Position numbers and translations under genes: made by a program. Positions 27,579 to 37,628 of a DNA stretch of 64,000 nucleotides are shown piece by piece. How positions within the stretch are numbered: the first letter of the stretch is position 1; each line of letters starts with the position of its first letter. A model generated the notes under the pieces. The model did not search any database, was not told the origin of the DNA, and was given only the letters and a program-made list of their open reading frames with translations. Source of the stretch: Chthoniobacterales bacterium (GTDB taxonomy: Bacteria > Verrucomicrobiota > Verrucomicrobiia > Chthoniobacterales > Chthoniobacteraceae); NCBI GenBank assembly GCA_038227825.1, contig JBBRPQ010000018.1, positions 13,675-77,674 of the forward strand, given 5' to 3'.

Positions 27579-28046
27579 ATGGCCACGGGTGGCGACATTT
27601 CGGTCAACCGCAAGGCGCTGCGCGATTATCACATTCTCGCACGGTACGAGGCGGGCATCGTGCTGAGGGGGACTGAGGTGAAGTCGATCCGCGCGGGGCT
27701 TGCGAATGTGGCGAATTCCTTTGCGAAGATCGAGAAAGGCGAGGTGTGGCTGTACGATCTCGACATCCAAGCCTACGCGAAGGCGAGCCATACGCAGCAC
27801 GTCCCAAAGCAGACGCGCAAGCTGCTCCTGCACCGCCAGGAAATCGAAAAGCTTGCCGACAAGGTCCAAATCGAGGGGCACTCGCTTGTGGCCTTGCGGC
27901 TTTATTGGAAAGATGCGTGCGTGAAAGTGGAACTCGGCGTGGGCAAGGGAAAGCTGGCGCACGACAAGCGGGAAGACATCAAGACCCGGGTGGAAAAGCG
28001 CGAGTCCGATCGTGCTATGTCGGATTTCAACAAGAAGCGGCGATAG
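27579..28046 (+). CDS. smpB: SsrA-binding protein SmpB
   Basis: NRKALRDYHILARYEAGIVLRGTEVKSIR..RKLLLHRQEIEKL..GHSLVALRLYWKD..KVELGVGKGK. Confidence 0.9.
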   Translation: MATGGDISVNRKALRDYHILARYEAGIVLRGTEVKSIRAGLANVANSFAKIEKGEVWLYDLDIQAYAKASHTQHVPKQTRKLLLHRQEIEKLADKVQIEGHSLVALRLYWKDACVKVELGVGKGKLAHDKREDIKTRVEKRESDRAMSDFNKKRR

Positions 28047-28143
28047 TTCAGAGTTGAAACCTCGGTGAGGCTGGTGATCGCATTGCCATTCACCGCGCGC
28101 ACGGAGGCGGGCATCTCGTGTCTCACCTGCCGACTTTCCCAAG

Positions 28144-28560
28144 CTACTTCTTCAGCGCCTTCTCTGCGTCCTTGATCAGCTTTTCAAATTCCGGCGCGGT
28201 GCCGTAACCCGTGCGGGAGGCAAGCTGGCGACCATCCGGTGCGGCGATGACGACGAAAGGCAGCGTGCTGCCCTCTACCTTGAACTTTGAGGAAAACGCC
28301 TTGCTGGTCGCGCTGTCGTCGCAGTTCACGTCGGCATAGACGAACTTGCTCGGTGAAAGGTGCAACTTGCCGGCTTTGATCATTGCCTTCAGTGCCTGGC
28401 AGTTTCCGCAGGCTTCACGACCATATTGCAGGAAGACCATTTTGTTTTCCGACTGCGCCTTCGTGAGCGCTTCATTGACGTCGGTGATCTTCGGCGACGC
28501 AGCGAAGGCGGCGGAAGCAATGAGTGCGATTGCGGGCAAGAGGATGGAACGGAAGTTCAT
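28144..28560 (-). CDS. periplasmic thioredoxin-fold protein
   Basis: A signal peptide is followed by the CGNC active-site motif (YGREACGNCQAL). Confidence 0.75.
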   Translation of the reverse strand: MNFRSILLPAIALIASAAFAASPKITDVNEALTKAQSENKMVFLQYGREACGNCQALKAMIKAGKLHLSPSKFVYADVNCDDSATSKAFSSKFKVEGSTLPFVVIAAPDGRQLASRTGYGTAPEFEKLIKDAEKALKK

Positions 28561-28623
28561 GGTATGGGATGGGTTTCCGTGGACGTTAGCAAATCACCGA
28601 GCGAAGTCCGCAAAAAATCGTGG

Positions 28624-29883
28624 CTACGCTGCTGCGAGCGGTTCGCCGTAAGTCAGCGAATCGGGGAGGGGGACAAACTCACGGATCCAGTCCCAGAGCT
28701 GCGAGTAGTCCTTGCTCACATCGCCCGAGAGGCAGTCGGTGATCTGGTCCGCCGCCGCGGGGTGACGCATCACGACTTCGCGGAATGAAAACTTCGGATC
28801 GTAGAACGCATAAATGAGCTTGCGCATGTTCTCGATGCTCTCGTGGAGAGCACGGCCATAAGGCGCAAAGTGTGCAGGCGAGAGGTCGCCGCTCACGAGC
28901 CCTTCATGCACGGCTTCGCCAGCGAGATGCCCGGATTTCAGCGCAAGCAGCACGCCGCTGCTGAAGACCGGATCAAGGAATGCAAACGCATCGCCCAGCA
29001 GCAGCAGCCCCGGCGAGGCGCAATGGCGGGAGTAGCGAGTGTACTCGCTCGTCACAAAATATTCGCCGGTGCATTCGCCGGCGCCGAGGTGATCCTTGAT
29101 CCAGAGATTCTCCTCCACTTCGCGGTGAAAAATCGCCCGCGGCTCCTTCACACCGCCCCGCGTGAGATATTTGCCGTCGGCCACCACACCCACGCTCACC
29201 ATGTCGCCATGCTGCGGGATGTGCCAGAACCAGCCCTTGTCCGGAATCATCGCGACGGTCGTCTGGCCCTCATCGATCCCGGCTTCGCGCTTCGAGCCCC
29301 TGTAGTAGGTCCACACGGCGATCTTGTTGAGCTGCGGATCGGGGAAGCGCCAGCCGTGTTTGTTCGCCGCAAATGCGTCCCTGCCCGAGCAGTCGAGTGT
29401 GATGGGCGCGCGGACCTCGTAAGTACGGCCGGTGGTGCGGTCCGTGGCCTCGACGCCAGTCACGCGGTCGCCGTCCTTGAGCAAGCGGTTCACAGTGGTC
29501 TCCTCGCGCACCTCGGCACCTTTTTCGCACGCGTTGTCGCGCATCATCACGTCGAATTCCGAACGCAGGACCTGCCACGTCTGAGCCACGGTTTCGCGGT
29601 CGTAGCGGTTGAAAAAATAGAATGGCTGCGAGCGCTTCCCATCCGGCTGGACAAAGGACACGCTGTATTTCTTCGTGAAATGCGAGTTCCTCATTTTCGG
29701 GATCATCCCGATGCGCTCCAGCGGCCCGAAGGTGAATGGAATCAGCGATTCACCCACCCGGTATCGGGGAAACTTGTCACGTTCGAGCACAAGAACGCGA
29801 TGTCCGTATTCCGCAAGAATCGCCGCAGCAGTGGTGCCGGAAGGCCCGCCTCCGATGAGAATCGCGTCGTAATCGTTGTTCAT
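28624..29883 (-). CDS. FAD-dependent oxidoreductase of the flavin-dependent halogenase-like (Trp_halogenase) type
   Basis: Start at MNNDYDAILIGGGPSG. GESLIP and the WxWxIP motif (GWFWHIP) are present, plus LLLLGDAFAFLDPVFSSG. Confidence 0.65.
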   Translation of the reverse strand: MNNDYDAILIGGGPSGTTAAAILAEYGHRVLVLERDKFPRYRVGESLIPFTFGPLERIGMIPKMRNSHFTKKYSVSFVQPDGKRSQPFYFFNRYDRETVAQTWQVLRSEFDVMMRDNACEKGAEVREETTVNRLLKDGDRVTGVEATDRTTGRTYEVRAPITLDCSGRDAFAANKHGWRFPDPQLNKIAVWTYYRGSKREAGIDEGQTTVAMIPDKGWFWHIPQHGDMVSVGVVADGKYLTRGGVKEPRAIFHREVEENLWIKDHLGAGECTGEYFVTSEYTRYSRHCASPGLLLLGDAFAFLDPVFSSGVLLALKSGHLAGEAVHEGLVSGDLSPAHFAPYGRALHESIENMRKLIYAFYDPKFSFREVVMRHPAAADQITDCLSGDVSKDYSQLWDWIREFVPLPDSLTYGEPLAAA

Positions 29884-30063
29884 GGGTAGGCGAATGGGTG
29901 TGGATTCTGAATCACTTAACGCGATACGAATAGATAACGGAAATAGACGCTCGGTATCGCACTGATGCTTGGCCGCGATAAGCACAGCGTCATCGCTCAG
30001 TGCAGAGTTCCATGCCCGGCGTGGTCACATCGGCGCTCCATCGCCAGAGCGTGCATGGAGGAC

Positions 30064-31590
30064 TTATGCGCCGAAGAGACTCGCGACTTTCGCCTTCACT
30101 GCCGCATCCATTTTAATCAGAGGTGGCCACGTCCTCTTGAAGCCCTCGCCGGGGAGCTTCTTCGTGGCGTCGAAGCCCATCTTGCTGCCGACGGCGATCT
30201 CGCTTGTGGCGTGATCGAGCACGTCGGACGGGCCTTTCGTGAAGATGCTGTCGCGCTGCGGGTCGGTGTTGGCGAAGAGATGGAAGAGCACCTCGCTGGT
30301 GTTGTGGACGTTCACCTCCGCGTCCACGACTACGATGTATTTGGTGAACATCATCTGCCCCATGCCCCACAGGCCGTGCATGATTTTGTAGGCCTGCATC
30401 GGGTAGGTCTTTTTGATCGAGACGAAGACGAGATTGTGAAATGTGCCTTCCGCCGGGAGCGCGATGTCCACGATCTCGGGGAAGTTCATCTTAAAAATCG
30501 GCATGAACAACTTCACCGATGCCGCGCCGATGTAAAAATCCTCCATCGGCGGAATGCCGACGATGGTCGCGGGATAGACTGCGTCCTTCCGGTGCGTGAT
30601 GCAGGTGATGTGGAAGACGGGATACGGCTCGGGCAATGTGTAATAGCCGGTGTGGTCGCCGAACGGGCCTTCCATGCGCAGCGGCTCAGTGGGATCAATG
30701 TAGCCTTCGATGACGAAGTCGGCATTGGCGGGGACTTCGAGGTCGTTCGTCTCACACTTCACGAGCTCGACGGATTTCTTGCGCAGGTAGCCGGCGAGCA
30801 GGAACTCATCGAGGCCATCCGGCAGCGGTGCAGTCGCGGCAAAGGGAAACATCGGATCGCCGCCGAGGAAAATCGCGACGGGCATCCGTTCGCCTCGCTC
30901 ATAGTAGCGGCGTCCGTGACGTGCCGCGACCTTCTGGAGTTGCCAGTGCATGCCGGTCGTCCTGTCATCGTAAACTTGGATGCGGTACATCCCGAGATTC
31001 CGGTCGCCGGTATCCGGGTCCCTTGTGACGACACACGGCAGCGTGATGAATCGCCCGCCGTCGAGCGGCCAGCACTTGAGGATGGGAAGGTCGGCCAGCG
31101 TCGGTGACTGGTGACTCGTGACTGGTGAATGGATGTCCGGCGCGGCAGGCCACGGCTCGCTGCGCGATGCGGGAGCGTCGAATTTATGGATGACTTCCTT
31201 GCACGCGCCATCCTTCACGATCTTCGGGCGCGCATGGCGAAGCTCGATGGCCTGACCGAGCAGGCGCAGCGTCTCGCGGAAGGTGGTTGGCGGTTTCGGC
31301 TTCATCAGCGCGCCGAGTTCAGCCGCGACGGCGTCCACACTTTCCGCACCCATGCTCATCGCCATGCGCTTCCAGGAACCCATCGTGTTGATGGCTACTG
31401 GAAATGGTGACACCACGCCGTTGATCGTCGGCTTCTCGAAGAGCAGCGCCTTCCCGCCGCCGGGCGACTTCATCTCGCGGTCGGCGATCTCGGTGATTTC
31501 CAGTTCTGTCGCCGCGGGCGTGGAGATGCGCTTCAACTCACCCGCCCTGTCGAGTGCGTTTACGAAATCGCGGAATGAGCCGAATGCCAT
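30064..31590 (-). CDS. UbiD-family (prenyl-FMN dependent) decarboxylase
   Basis: Full-length UbiD pattern: FRDFVNALDRAGELKRI, LGMYRIQV, EGPFGDHTGYY, MGFDATKK. A low-complexity insertion lies at 31101..31130. Confidence 0.9.
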   Translation of the reverse strand: MAFGSFRDFVNALDRAGELKRISTPAATELEITEIADREMKSPGGGKALLFEKPTINGVVSPFPVAINTMGSWKRMAMSMGAESVDAVAAELGALMKPKPPTTFRETLRLLGQAIELRHARPKIVKDGACKEVIHKFDAPASRSEPWPAAPDIHSPVTSHQSPTLADLPILKCWPLDGGRFITLPCVVTRDPDTGDRNLGMYRIQVYDDRTTGMHWQLQKVAARHGRRYYERGERMPVAIFLGGDPMFPFAATAPLPDGLDEFLLAGYLRKKSVELVKCETNDLEVPANADFVIEGYIDPTEPLRMEGPFGDHTGYYTLPEPYPVFHITCITHRKDAVYPATIVGIPPMEDFYIGAASVKLFMPIFKMNFPEIVDIALPAEGTFHNLVFVSIKKTYPMQAYKIMHGLWGMGQMMFTKYIVVVDAEVNVHNTSEVLFHLFANTDPQRDSIFTKGPSDVLDHATSEIAVGSKMGFDATKKLPGEGFKRTWPPLIKMDAAVKAKVASLFGA

Positions 31591-31693
31591 AGGGTGCCGA
31601 TGCTAACAGGAACAACGCTGCGGGCAATGAAGCGGACGCGCTTTTCTCCTGCGCTTGCCACGCGCGCGCGAAGACGCCAGTTTTCCGTCCCGC

Positions 31694-32563
31694 ATGAAAG
31701 CAATCCTCCTCGCATCCCTCTCAATCGTCGCCTCCGTCACCGCTGCTGACAAAATCAAAGTCCTCATCGTGGACGGGCAGAACAACCATCAGTGGAAAAT
31801 GACCACGCCGGTGCTGAAGCAAATCCTCGAGGAACCGGGCATCTTCAGCGTGGACGTGTCCACCTCGCCCGAAAAAGGGAAGGGGATCGAAACCTGGGCG
31901 CCGAAATTTTCCGACTACGCCGTTGTTGTCTCGAACTACAACGGCGAGCCCTGGTCCGATGCGACGAAGGATGCCTTTGAAAAATTTGTGAGCGGCGGAG
32001 GCGGCTTTGTTGCCGTTCATGCGGCGGACAATTCATTCCCGGAATGGCTGGCCTACAATGAGATGATCGGTGTCGGCGGCTGGGGTGGCCGCACGGAGAA
32101 GAGCGGCCCGTATATTCGCCTTCGCGATGGAAAGTGGACGATGGATACGACGCCCGGTCGCGGCGGCAGCCATGGCAAGCAGCATGAGTTCGCGCTGAAC
32201 AACCGCGCGCCGGAGCATCCGATCATGAAGGGATTGCCTCCCGCATTCATGCATCGCCAGGACGAACTCTATAACAGCCTGCGCGGCCCTGCTAAGAATG
32301 TGACCATCCTCGCGAGCGCAATGTCGCCGAAGGAAATGGGCGGCAGCGGCGAGGAGGAGCCGCTGCTGATGGCGATCCCGTTTGGCAAAGGCCGCGTCTT
32401 CCACGACGCGCTCGGCCACGGTTCGGAGGCTGTGCATTGCGTTGCATTCGCGGTCACGCTCCAGCGTGGCACCGAGTGGGTCGCAACGGGGAATGTCACA
32501 CAGAGCATTCCGACGGAATTTCCCGACGACAAGGCAAGCAAGTCGCGCCAGGAAGCAAAATAG
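31694..32563 (+). CDS. secreted ThuA domain protein
   Basis: Start at MKAILLASLSIVASVTA. The body includes KVLIVDGQNNHQW..YAVVVSNYNGEPW..GGGFVAVHAADNSF..HDALGH. Confidence 0.8.
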   Translation: MKAILLASLSIVASVTAADKIKVLIVDGQNNHQWKMTTPVLKQILEEPGIFSVDVSTSPEKGKGIETWAPKFSDYAVVVSNYNGEPWSDATKDAFEKFVSGGGGFVAVHAADNSFPEWLAYNEMIGVGGWGGRTEKSGPYIRLRDGKWTMDTTPGRGGSHGKQHEFALNNRAPEHPIMKGLPPAFMHRQDELYNSLRGPAKNVTILASAMSPKEMGGSGEEEPLLMAIPFGKGRVFHDALGHGSEAVHCVAFAVTLQRGTEWVATGNVTQSIPTEFPDDKASKSRQEAK

Positions 32564-32583
32564 CCACGGAGGTCGCTGTAAGA

Positions 32584-32696
32584 ATGTAGCGCCGACGATT
32601 CGTCGGCTCAGGCGTGCGATATCGGACGAGGCGTTCCGATTTTGCCGCGAGTCTGCATTTCTTACCCCAGTTGCCGACGAGTCGTCGGCGCTACAT
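32584..32696. repeat. 113-nt palindromic (REP/MITE-like) element between convergent genes
   Basis: The 24-nt terminal inverted repeats are ATGTAGCGCCGACGATTCGTCGGC and GCCGACGAGTCGTCGGCGCTACAT (1 mismatch). Each arm is itself a hairpin. The right arm supplies the stop codon of the gene at 32691..33878. Confidence 0.7.
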
Positions 32697-33878
32697 TGCC
32701 GCGCCCCGGCCCGCGCGTGTTCCGGTCGCGAAGCAGCCTTGCAGCAGGAAGCCTCCGGTTGGCGCCTCCCAGTCAATCATCTCACCTGCGCAGAAGACGC
32801 CCGGCAGTTTTTTAAGCATCAGCGAATCGTCGAGTTCGCTCCAGCACACGCCGCCCGACGTCGAAATCGCCTCCGCGACGGGTCGCGGTGCGACAAGCGG
32901 GATGCGACAGTCCTTCGCAGCGATTGCGAGTTTTTCCGCTGAGTCAAAAGGCCCGTGGAATTGCTCCAGCATCGCGCACGCGGCATCGGGCAGCCGCCAG
33001 CGAGTCTGCGCCTCTGCGATGAAATAGCGGCGCACGGATTCCATCTTGCGGACGAGTTGCTCGACGGTGAAGGATGGCTTGAAATCAATCCGGATCTCCG
33101 GCGATGGCATCGCCCGCAGGGTGCGTCCGAGGTGGTAGATGAGCGTGCCTTCGAGGCCGTAGGCCACTGGCATCAGTTCGCCGATGAATGACGTCTCACC
33201 TGCGCGCACGCACAGATTGTGCAGCGGCTTTCCTTCGACGCGCTCGCGTGTCTCCGTCGTCCATGCGACCTCCCAGCCGCAGTTTGCGGACTGAAGCGGA
33301 TTCACCCTGACCCCGAGCGACTGCAGGATGTCGGTCCAGCCACCATCCGATCCCGTCTCCGGCCAAGACGAGCCACCGAGGGCGAGCACCACCGCATCGT
33401 GCATGGGCACTTCGAGTCCGTCTTGGAAAAGGACGCCGATCGGTGTTCCCATGCGCAATCCGCTCCAGCGGTGATTCATCACGATTTTCACTCCCAGCGC
33501 ATGCAGATGGGCCGTCCAGTGCCGGAGCAGGAGCGCGGCTTTCATGTGGGTCGGAAAGATTTTACCGCTCGTCGATTCAAACGTCTCCACGCCGAGTCCC
33601 GCAGCCCATTTGCGCAGCGCATTGTTGTCGAATTCCGCGATGCAGTCGCGCCAGAAATTCTCCGGCATCTCGCCTCCTGAGTAAGCGTTTGCGAATGCCT
33701 CGGGGTCCGCGCTGTTCGTGAGATTCAGTCCGCTCTTGCCGGCAACAAGAAGCTTTCTGCCGACGGACTGCTGTCCCTCATAAACCGTCACAGCCGCACC
33801 CGCATGCGATGCGACTTCCGCCGCACGCAGTCCTGCGGGACCGCCGCCGATCACGGCGATATTTCTCTGTGCGCTCAA
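32691..33878 (-). CDS. HI0933/BaiN-like flavoprotein (TIGR03862-type)
   Basis: TTG start. [55 protein letters not shown]. Confidence 0.8.
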   Translation of the reverse strand: MSAQRNIAVIGGGPAGLRAAEVASHAGAAVTVYEGQQSVGRKLLVAGKSGLNLTNSADPEAFANAYSGGEMPENFWRDCIAEFDNNALRKWAAGLGVETFESTSGKIFPTHMKAALLLRHWTAHLHALGVKIVMNHRWSGLRMGTPIGVLFQDGLEVPMHDAVVLALGGSSWPETGSDGGWTDILQSLGVRVNPLQSANCGWEVAWTTETRERVEGKPLHNLCVRAGETSFIGELMPVAYGLEGTLIYHLGRTLRAMPSPEIRIDFKPSFTVEQLVRKMESVRRYFIAEAQTRWRLPDAACAMLEQFHGPFDSAEKLAIAAKDCRIPLVAPRPVAEAISTSGGVCWSELDDSLMLKKLPGVFCAGEMIDWEAPTGGFLLQGCFATGTRAGRGAAM

Positions 33879-33896
33879 AGTCAGACGCGCAGCGCG

Positions 33897-35105
33897 CTAA
33901 AGCAGGTGGCCCATCTTGAGCCGCTTGGTTTCGAGATACTTCGCGTTGTGCCGGTTCGGCGCGGACTTCAGCGGCACGACCTCCGTGATTTTCAGGCCGT
34001 AGCCTTCGAGGCCGATGACCTTCTTCGGATTGTTCGTCATGAAGCGCATCTTCCGCACGCCGATGTCGTGCAGAATCTGTGCGCCGACGCCGTAGTCGCG
34101 AAGCTCCGGCGCGAAGCCGAGCTGGAGGTTCGCCTCGACCGTATCGAGGCCGGATTCCTGCAGCTTGTAGGCGTGAATTTTTGCGGGCAGCCCGATGCCT
34201 CTTCCCTCGTGCTGGCGCATGTAAAGCAGCACGCCGTTGCCGGCCTTTTCGATCAGTTCCATCGCGCGATGGAGCTGCGTGCCGCAATCGCAGCGCAACG
34301 AGCCGAGCACATCGCCGGTGAGGCACTCGCTGTGAACGCGCACGAGTGCCGGGCGCTTCGCGGAGATCGTTCCTTTCACGAGTGCGAGATGATGCGCGCC
34401 GTCCACGAGCGAGCGGTAGAGGTGCAGATCAAATTCGCCAAACTGCGTCGGCATCTTGATCACCTGTTCGCGCTCGATGAGCCTCTCACTTCGCCGGCGA
34501 TACGCGATCAGATCGCTGATGCTGCACAGCTTCAGCTTGTGCTTTTTCTTAAAGGTGAGCAGCTCGGGCAGACGCGCCATTGAGCCGTCCGCATTCATGA
34601 TTTCGCAAATCACTGCCGCGGGCTGGAGTCCCGCGAGCCGCGCGAGATCCACGCTCGCCTCCGTGTGGCCCGCGCGTCGCAGCACGCCGCCATCCTTTGC
34701 GCGCAGCGGGAAAATGTGGCCGGGCTGCACGAGGTCGCGCGCGACGGATTTCGGATCGGCGAGGACGCTGATGGTCTTCGCGCGGTCGCCGGCGCTGATG
34801 CCGGTCGTGACTCCGTGCGCGGCATCCACCGCGACCGTGAAGTCCGTCTTGTGCGTCTCGCGATTGTCCCGCGTCATCCTTTCGAGACCGAGCGCGTCGG
34901 CGCGCGTCTCGGTGACTGGCGCGCAGATGAGCCCGCGTCCGTGCGTCGCCATGAAATTCACGGTCGCCGGCGTCACTTTCTCCGCAGCCATCACGAGGTC
35001 GCCCTCGTTCTCGCGATCAGCGTCGTCGGTGACGATCACCATGCGTCCCGCACGGATGTCGCGGATGACGGCGTCTATCGGATCAAACTTTGGTGATGCG
35101 GGCAT
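33897..35105 (-). CDS. ribBA: bifunctional 3,4-dihydroxy-2-butanone-4-phosphate synthase / GTP cyclohydrolase II
   Basis: RibB motifs: VIVTDDADRENEGDLV and GHTEASVDLA. RibA motifs: VRVHSECLTGDVLGSLRCDCG and GRGIGL. Confidence 0.9.
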   Translation of the reverse strand: MPASPKFDPIDAVIRDIRAGRMVIVTDDADRENEGDLVMAAEKVTPATVNFMATHGRGLICAPVTETRADALGLERMTRDNRETHKTDFTVAVDAAHGVTTGISAGDRAKTISVLADPKSVARDLVQPGHIFPLRAKDGGVLRRAGHTEASVDLARLAGLQPAAVICEIMNADGSMARLPELLTFKKKHKLKLCSISDLIAYRRRSERLIEREQVIKMPTQFGEFDLHLYRSLVDGAHHLALVKGTISAKRPALVRVHSECLTGDVLGSLRCDCGTQLHRAMELIEKAGNGVLLYMRQHEGRGIGLPAKIHAYKLQESGLDTVEANLQLGFAPELRDYGVGAQILHDIGVRKMRFMTNNPKKVIGLEGYGLKITEVVPLKSAPNRHNAKYLETKRLKMGHLL

Positions 35106-35228
35106 TGACGAAAGGTTGCGGTCTGAGCGCTGGAAATCAAAGGGCGAAAGTTTCCACGCGTGGAAGTGGTGGCACGAACGGCTGCCAGCTTTCCATGAAG
35201 ATGCGCGCAAACTGCGCGCCGACGGGCG

Positions 35229-36218
35229 TCATTTCTTCGCGCGACGGATCACGATCTCCGTCCGCCGATGGCCCTGCATTTCCTCGATCGTCCCAGTCAG
35301 CGGAACGCCCTCGGCTGGGCGGGTCGCTCCGTAGCCGGCGGTTTTTACGTTTTCCGGCGGCACATTCACATTTACGACAAACCACGCCCGTACGGATTCC
35401 GCGCGGCGCTCGCTGAGTTTCTGATTATACTCCGCGGAACCGGTCGGATCCGTATGTCCTTCGATGGTGAATTTTGCCGTCGCAACGTCACTGCCAAGAA
35501 ATTTTTTCAGCGCCTCGGCGATTTTGTCCAATTCCTGGCGCCCATCGTTGCTCACATCCGCGCTGTCGTGACCAAAGGTAAGATTGCCAGGAAGTGAGAG
35601 CCGCCGGCTCGCCCCTGTGCCACTCGTGAGCCCATTCAGGATTCCTTCCACGTCCTGTCCAGCGACTTGGATCGCCTTTGCCGAACCATCGCCATCCGGA
35701 CCGCCCTCGCTCGCCATGCGCGCACTGACTTTCGGTCCGGTGCGGCCGGCGTTGAAAAAGGAGTCGTCGAGCTTCGGCAGCAGATCGTCTGGGTTGGTCT
35801 TCGGCGTCGTGTTGAGCTTCGCCATTTCGACCATCGGCTTTTCGTCCGGCAGCAGCTTCGTGGTATCAATCTCCTTGTGCCTCGGTGATACGCTGATTTC
35901 GTCCGGCGCAGGCAATTCCGCAGGCAGCGTGAGATCCTTCTTTTTGTCCGGCGTCTTCTTTTCCTGCACGACGGTCTTCACCTCATCCTTCTTCGGCTTG
36001 TCATCGATGACCTTCACCCGGTGCAGGGTGGACTCCGCCTTCGCGGGCGGCAGATCTGGCGGGCCAAAATTCTCCAGCGTCTTGAACTGGAAGAAAATCG
36101 CGAGCCCGGCGTGGACGACCAGCGATCCGGTGAGCGCAGTGATGAACCAGCCCCTCGTCAGCGAAGGTGGCTGCTCCTGTTCGGTGAATGCATCGTAGCG
36201 CGGCATCTCATAGTTCAA
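35229..36218 (-). CDS. OmpA/MotB-domain protein with N-terminal TM and Lys/Pro-rich spacer
   Basis: The C-terminal peptidoglycan-binding motif reads FTIEGHTDPTGSAEYNQKLSERRAESV. Confidence 0.75.
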   Translation of the reverse strand: MNYEMPRYDAFTEQEQPPSLTRGWFITALTGSLVVHAGLAIFFQFKTLENFGPPDLPPAKAESTLHRVKVIDDKPKKDEVKTVVQEKKTPDKKKDLTLPAELPAPDEISVSPRHKEIDTTKLLPDEKPMVEMAKLNTTPKTNPDDLLPKLDDSFFNAGRTGPKVSARMASEGGPDGDGSAKAIQVAGQDVEGILNGLTSGTGASRRLSLPGNLTFGHDSADVSNDGRQELDKIAEALKKFLGSDVATAKFTIEGHTDPTGSAEYNQKLSERRAESVRAWFVVNVNVPPENVKTAGYGATRPAEGVPLTGTIEEMQGHRRTEIVIRRAKK

Positions 36219-36272
36219 TACCGCTGCCCGAAGTGAAATGCAAACACGCAGGCGTGCCGTATTCCGCGCGCA

Positions 36273-37601
36273 TCACTCGGGCAAATCCTGTCCTTTCGTC
36301 TCAGGCAGGAACGTCAGCATCACGATGCCGAAGATGAAAAGCCCGCCAAGGCAGGTGATCGCGGTGCGCAGGCTGAAGACAGACTTCATCCATGGCGACA
36401 GCCAGAACAGCACCGGGCTCGCGAGGATGCGGCCGGTATTGAAACAAAAGCCCGATCCCGTCGAGCGAAGGTGCGTGGGGAACAGCGTGGGAAAATAAAC
36501 CGCATATCCCGCGTGGATGCTCTGCGCGAAAAATGCGAACAGCGGCAGCAGCACGAGCAGCGCGATGTAGCCGTTGTCCATTGGCGGAATCACGCCATCC
36601 GCCTTCAGCGCGTGCGCGTCTGGTGTCGAAAGGAGCCACGGTACCCAGCACACGACCGGCGTGACCACGAGCGCGCCGATGTGCATGAAGACGAACGTGC
36701 GCTTCGATCCCCATCGCGCGCTCAGCGGGCCGAACGCAAGCATCCCCGCTCCCGCGCCCGCGGCCTGGATGTAGCCGAACGCGATCTTCGACTTGCTCGC
36801 CCAATTCGGATCACCGACCCGCTTCAGCAATTCCTCCGCGAGATTTTGCCCCGCGACAACAACGCCCCAGAATGTCGCCAGCCCTGCCATCGCGAGCAGC
36901 GCGCCGCACAACGCGCGCGATCGCCATTTCGGATCGCCGAGCAATTCGCGGAAGCTCCCGAGCCGCCCGGCCTTGGTCTGCCTAGCCTCCTTCCATGCCT
37001 CCGGCTCGCGGATGCTCATCCGCACCCACAGCACGAGCAGCGCAGGCACGACGCCGAGCAGGTACGCCGTGCGCCAGTGATTGCCGACAAAGAGACCCGC
37101 AGTCGCCGCGAGCCACAGCCCGCCGACGCTCGTCGCGTGAAAAATCCCGCCAGCCCGCTCGCGCGCTGCTTTCGGAAAAACCTCCGCCACGAGCGCCGCG
37201 CCGACAGCCCACTCGCCGCCCACGCCCATCGCGACGAGAAACCTCAGCACGCCGAAGTGCCACAGCTCGGTAACGCCCGCGCTCAGCCCCGAGAACACCG
37301 AGTAGAACAGAATCGTGAGCGCCATCACCGGATTGCGGCCGATGCGATCCGCCATCGAGCTGAACAGCCAGCCGCCGATCGTGCCGCCGAGAAGGAACAC
37401 CGCGCTGAACTTGTCGCCCCATGATTTGATGTCCGCATCACTCGCATGGCCCTTCAGCAGCTCCGGCAGCATGTCGCCGCGCGTGATGTTGAAAAGCTGG
37501 CCCTCAAACGCATCGAACATCCACCCGAGCGACGCGACGATGAGCACGATCCACTGGTAGCGTGTGACGCTCGAATACCACTTCGGCTGCTCGGGGCTCA
37601 T
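36273..37601 (-). CDS. MFS transporter
   Basis: Roughly 12 hydrophobic segments and the MFS loop motif MADRIGRNP. Start taken at MSPEQPKWY. Confidence 0.8.
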   Translation of the reverse strand: MSPEQPKWYSSVTRYQWIVLIVASLGWMFDAFEGQLFNITRGDMLPELLKGHASDADIKSWGDKFSAVFLLGGTIGGWLFSSMADRIGRNPVMALTILFYSVFSGLSAGVTELWHFGVLRFLVAMGVGGEWAVGAALVAEVFPKAARERAGGIFHATSVGGLWLAATAGLFVGNHWRTAYLLGVVPALLVLWVRMSIREPEAWKEARQTKAGRLGSFRELLGDPKWRSRALCGALLAMAGLATFWGVVVAGQNLAEELLKRVGDPNWASKSKIAFGYIQAAGAGAGMLAFGPLSARWGSKRTFVFMHIGALVVTPVVCWVPWLLSTPDAHALKADGVIPPMDNGYIALLVLLPLFAFFAQSIHAGYAVYFPTLFPTHLRSTGSGFCFNTGRILASPVLFWLSPWMKSVFSLRTAITCLGGLFIFGIVMLTFLPETKGQDLPE

Positions 37602-37628
37602 TCGGTGAATTTCGCGGCACGCCCTCAA

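Noticed and set aside
27534-28143. Looked for tmRNA (ssrA) or a tRNA next to smpB, and for tRNA T-arm signatures elsewhere in intergenic regions.
   Set aside because: No GGGG..tRNA-like 5-prime end, no GGTTCGA/GGTTCAA T-arm with a CCA-type 3-prime end, and no cloverleaf-compatible segment was seen. This was an eye scan only and should be repeated with tRNAscan/ARAGORN.
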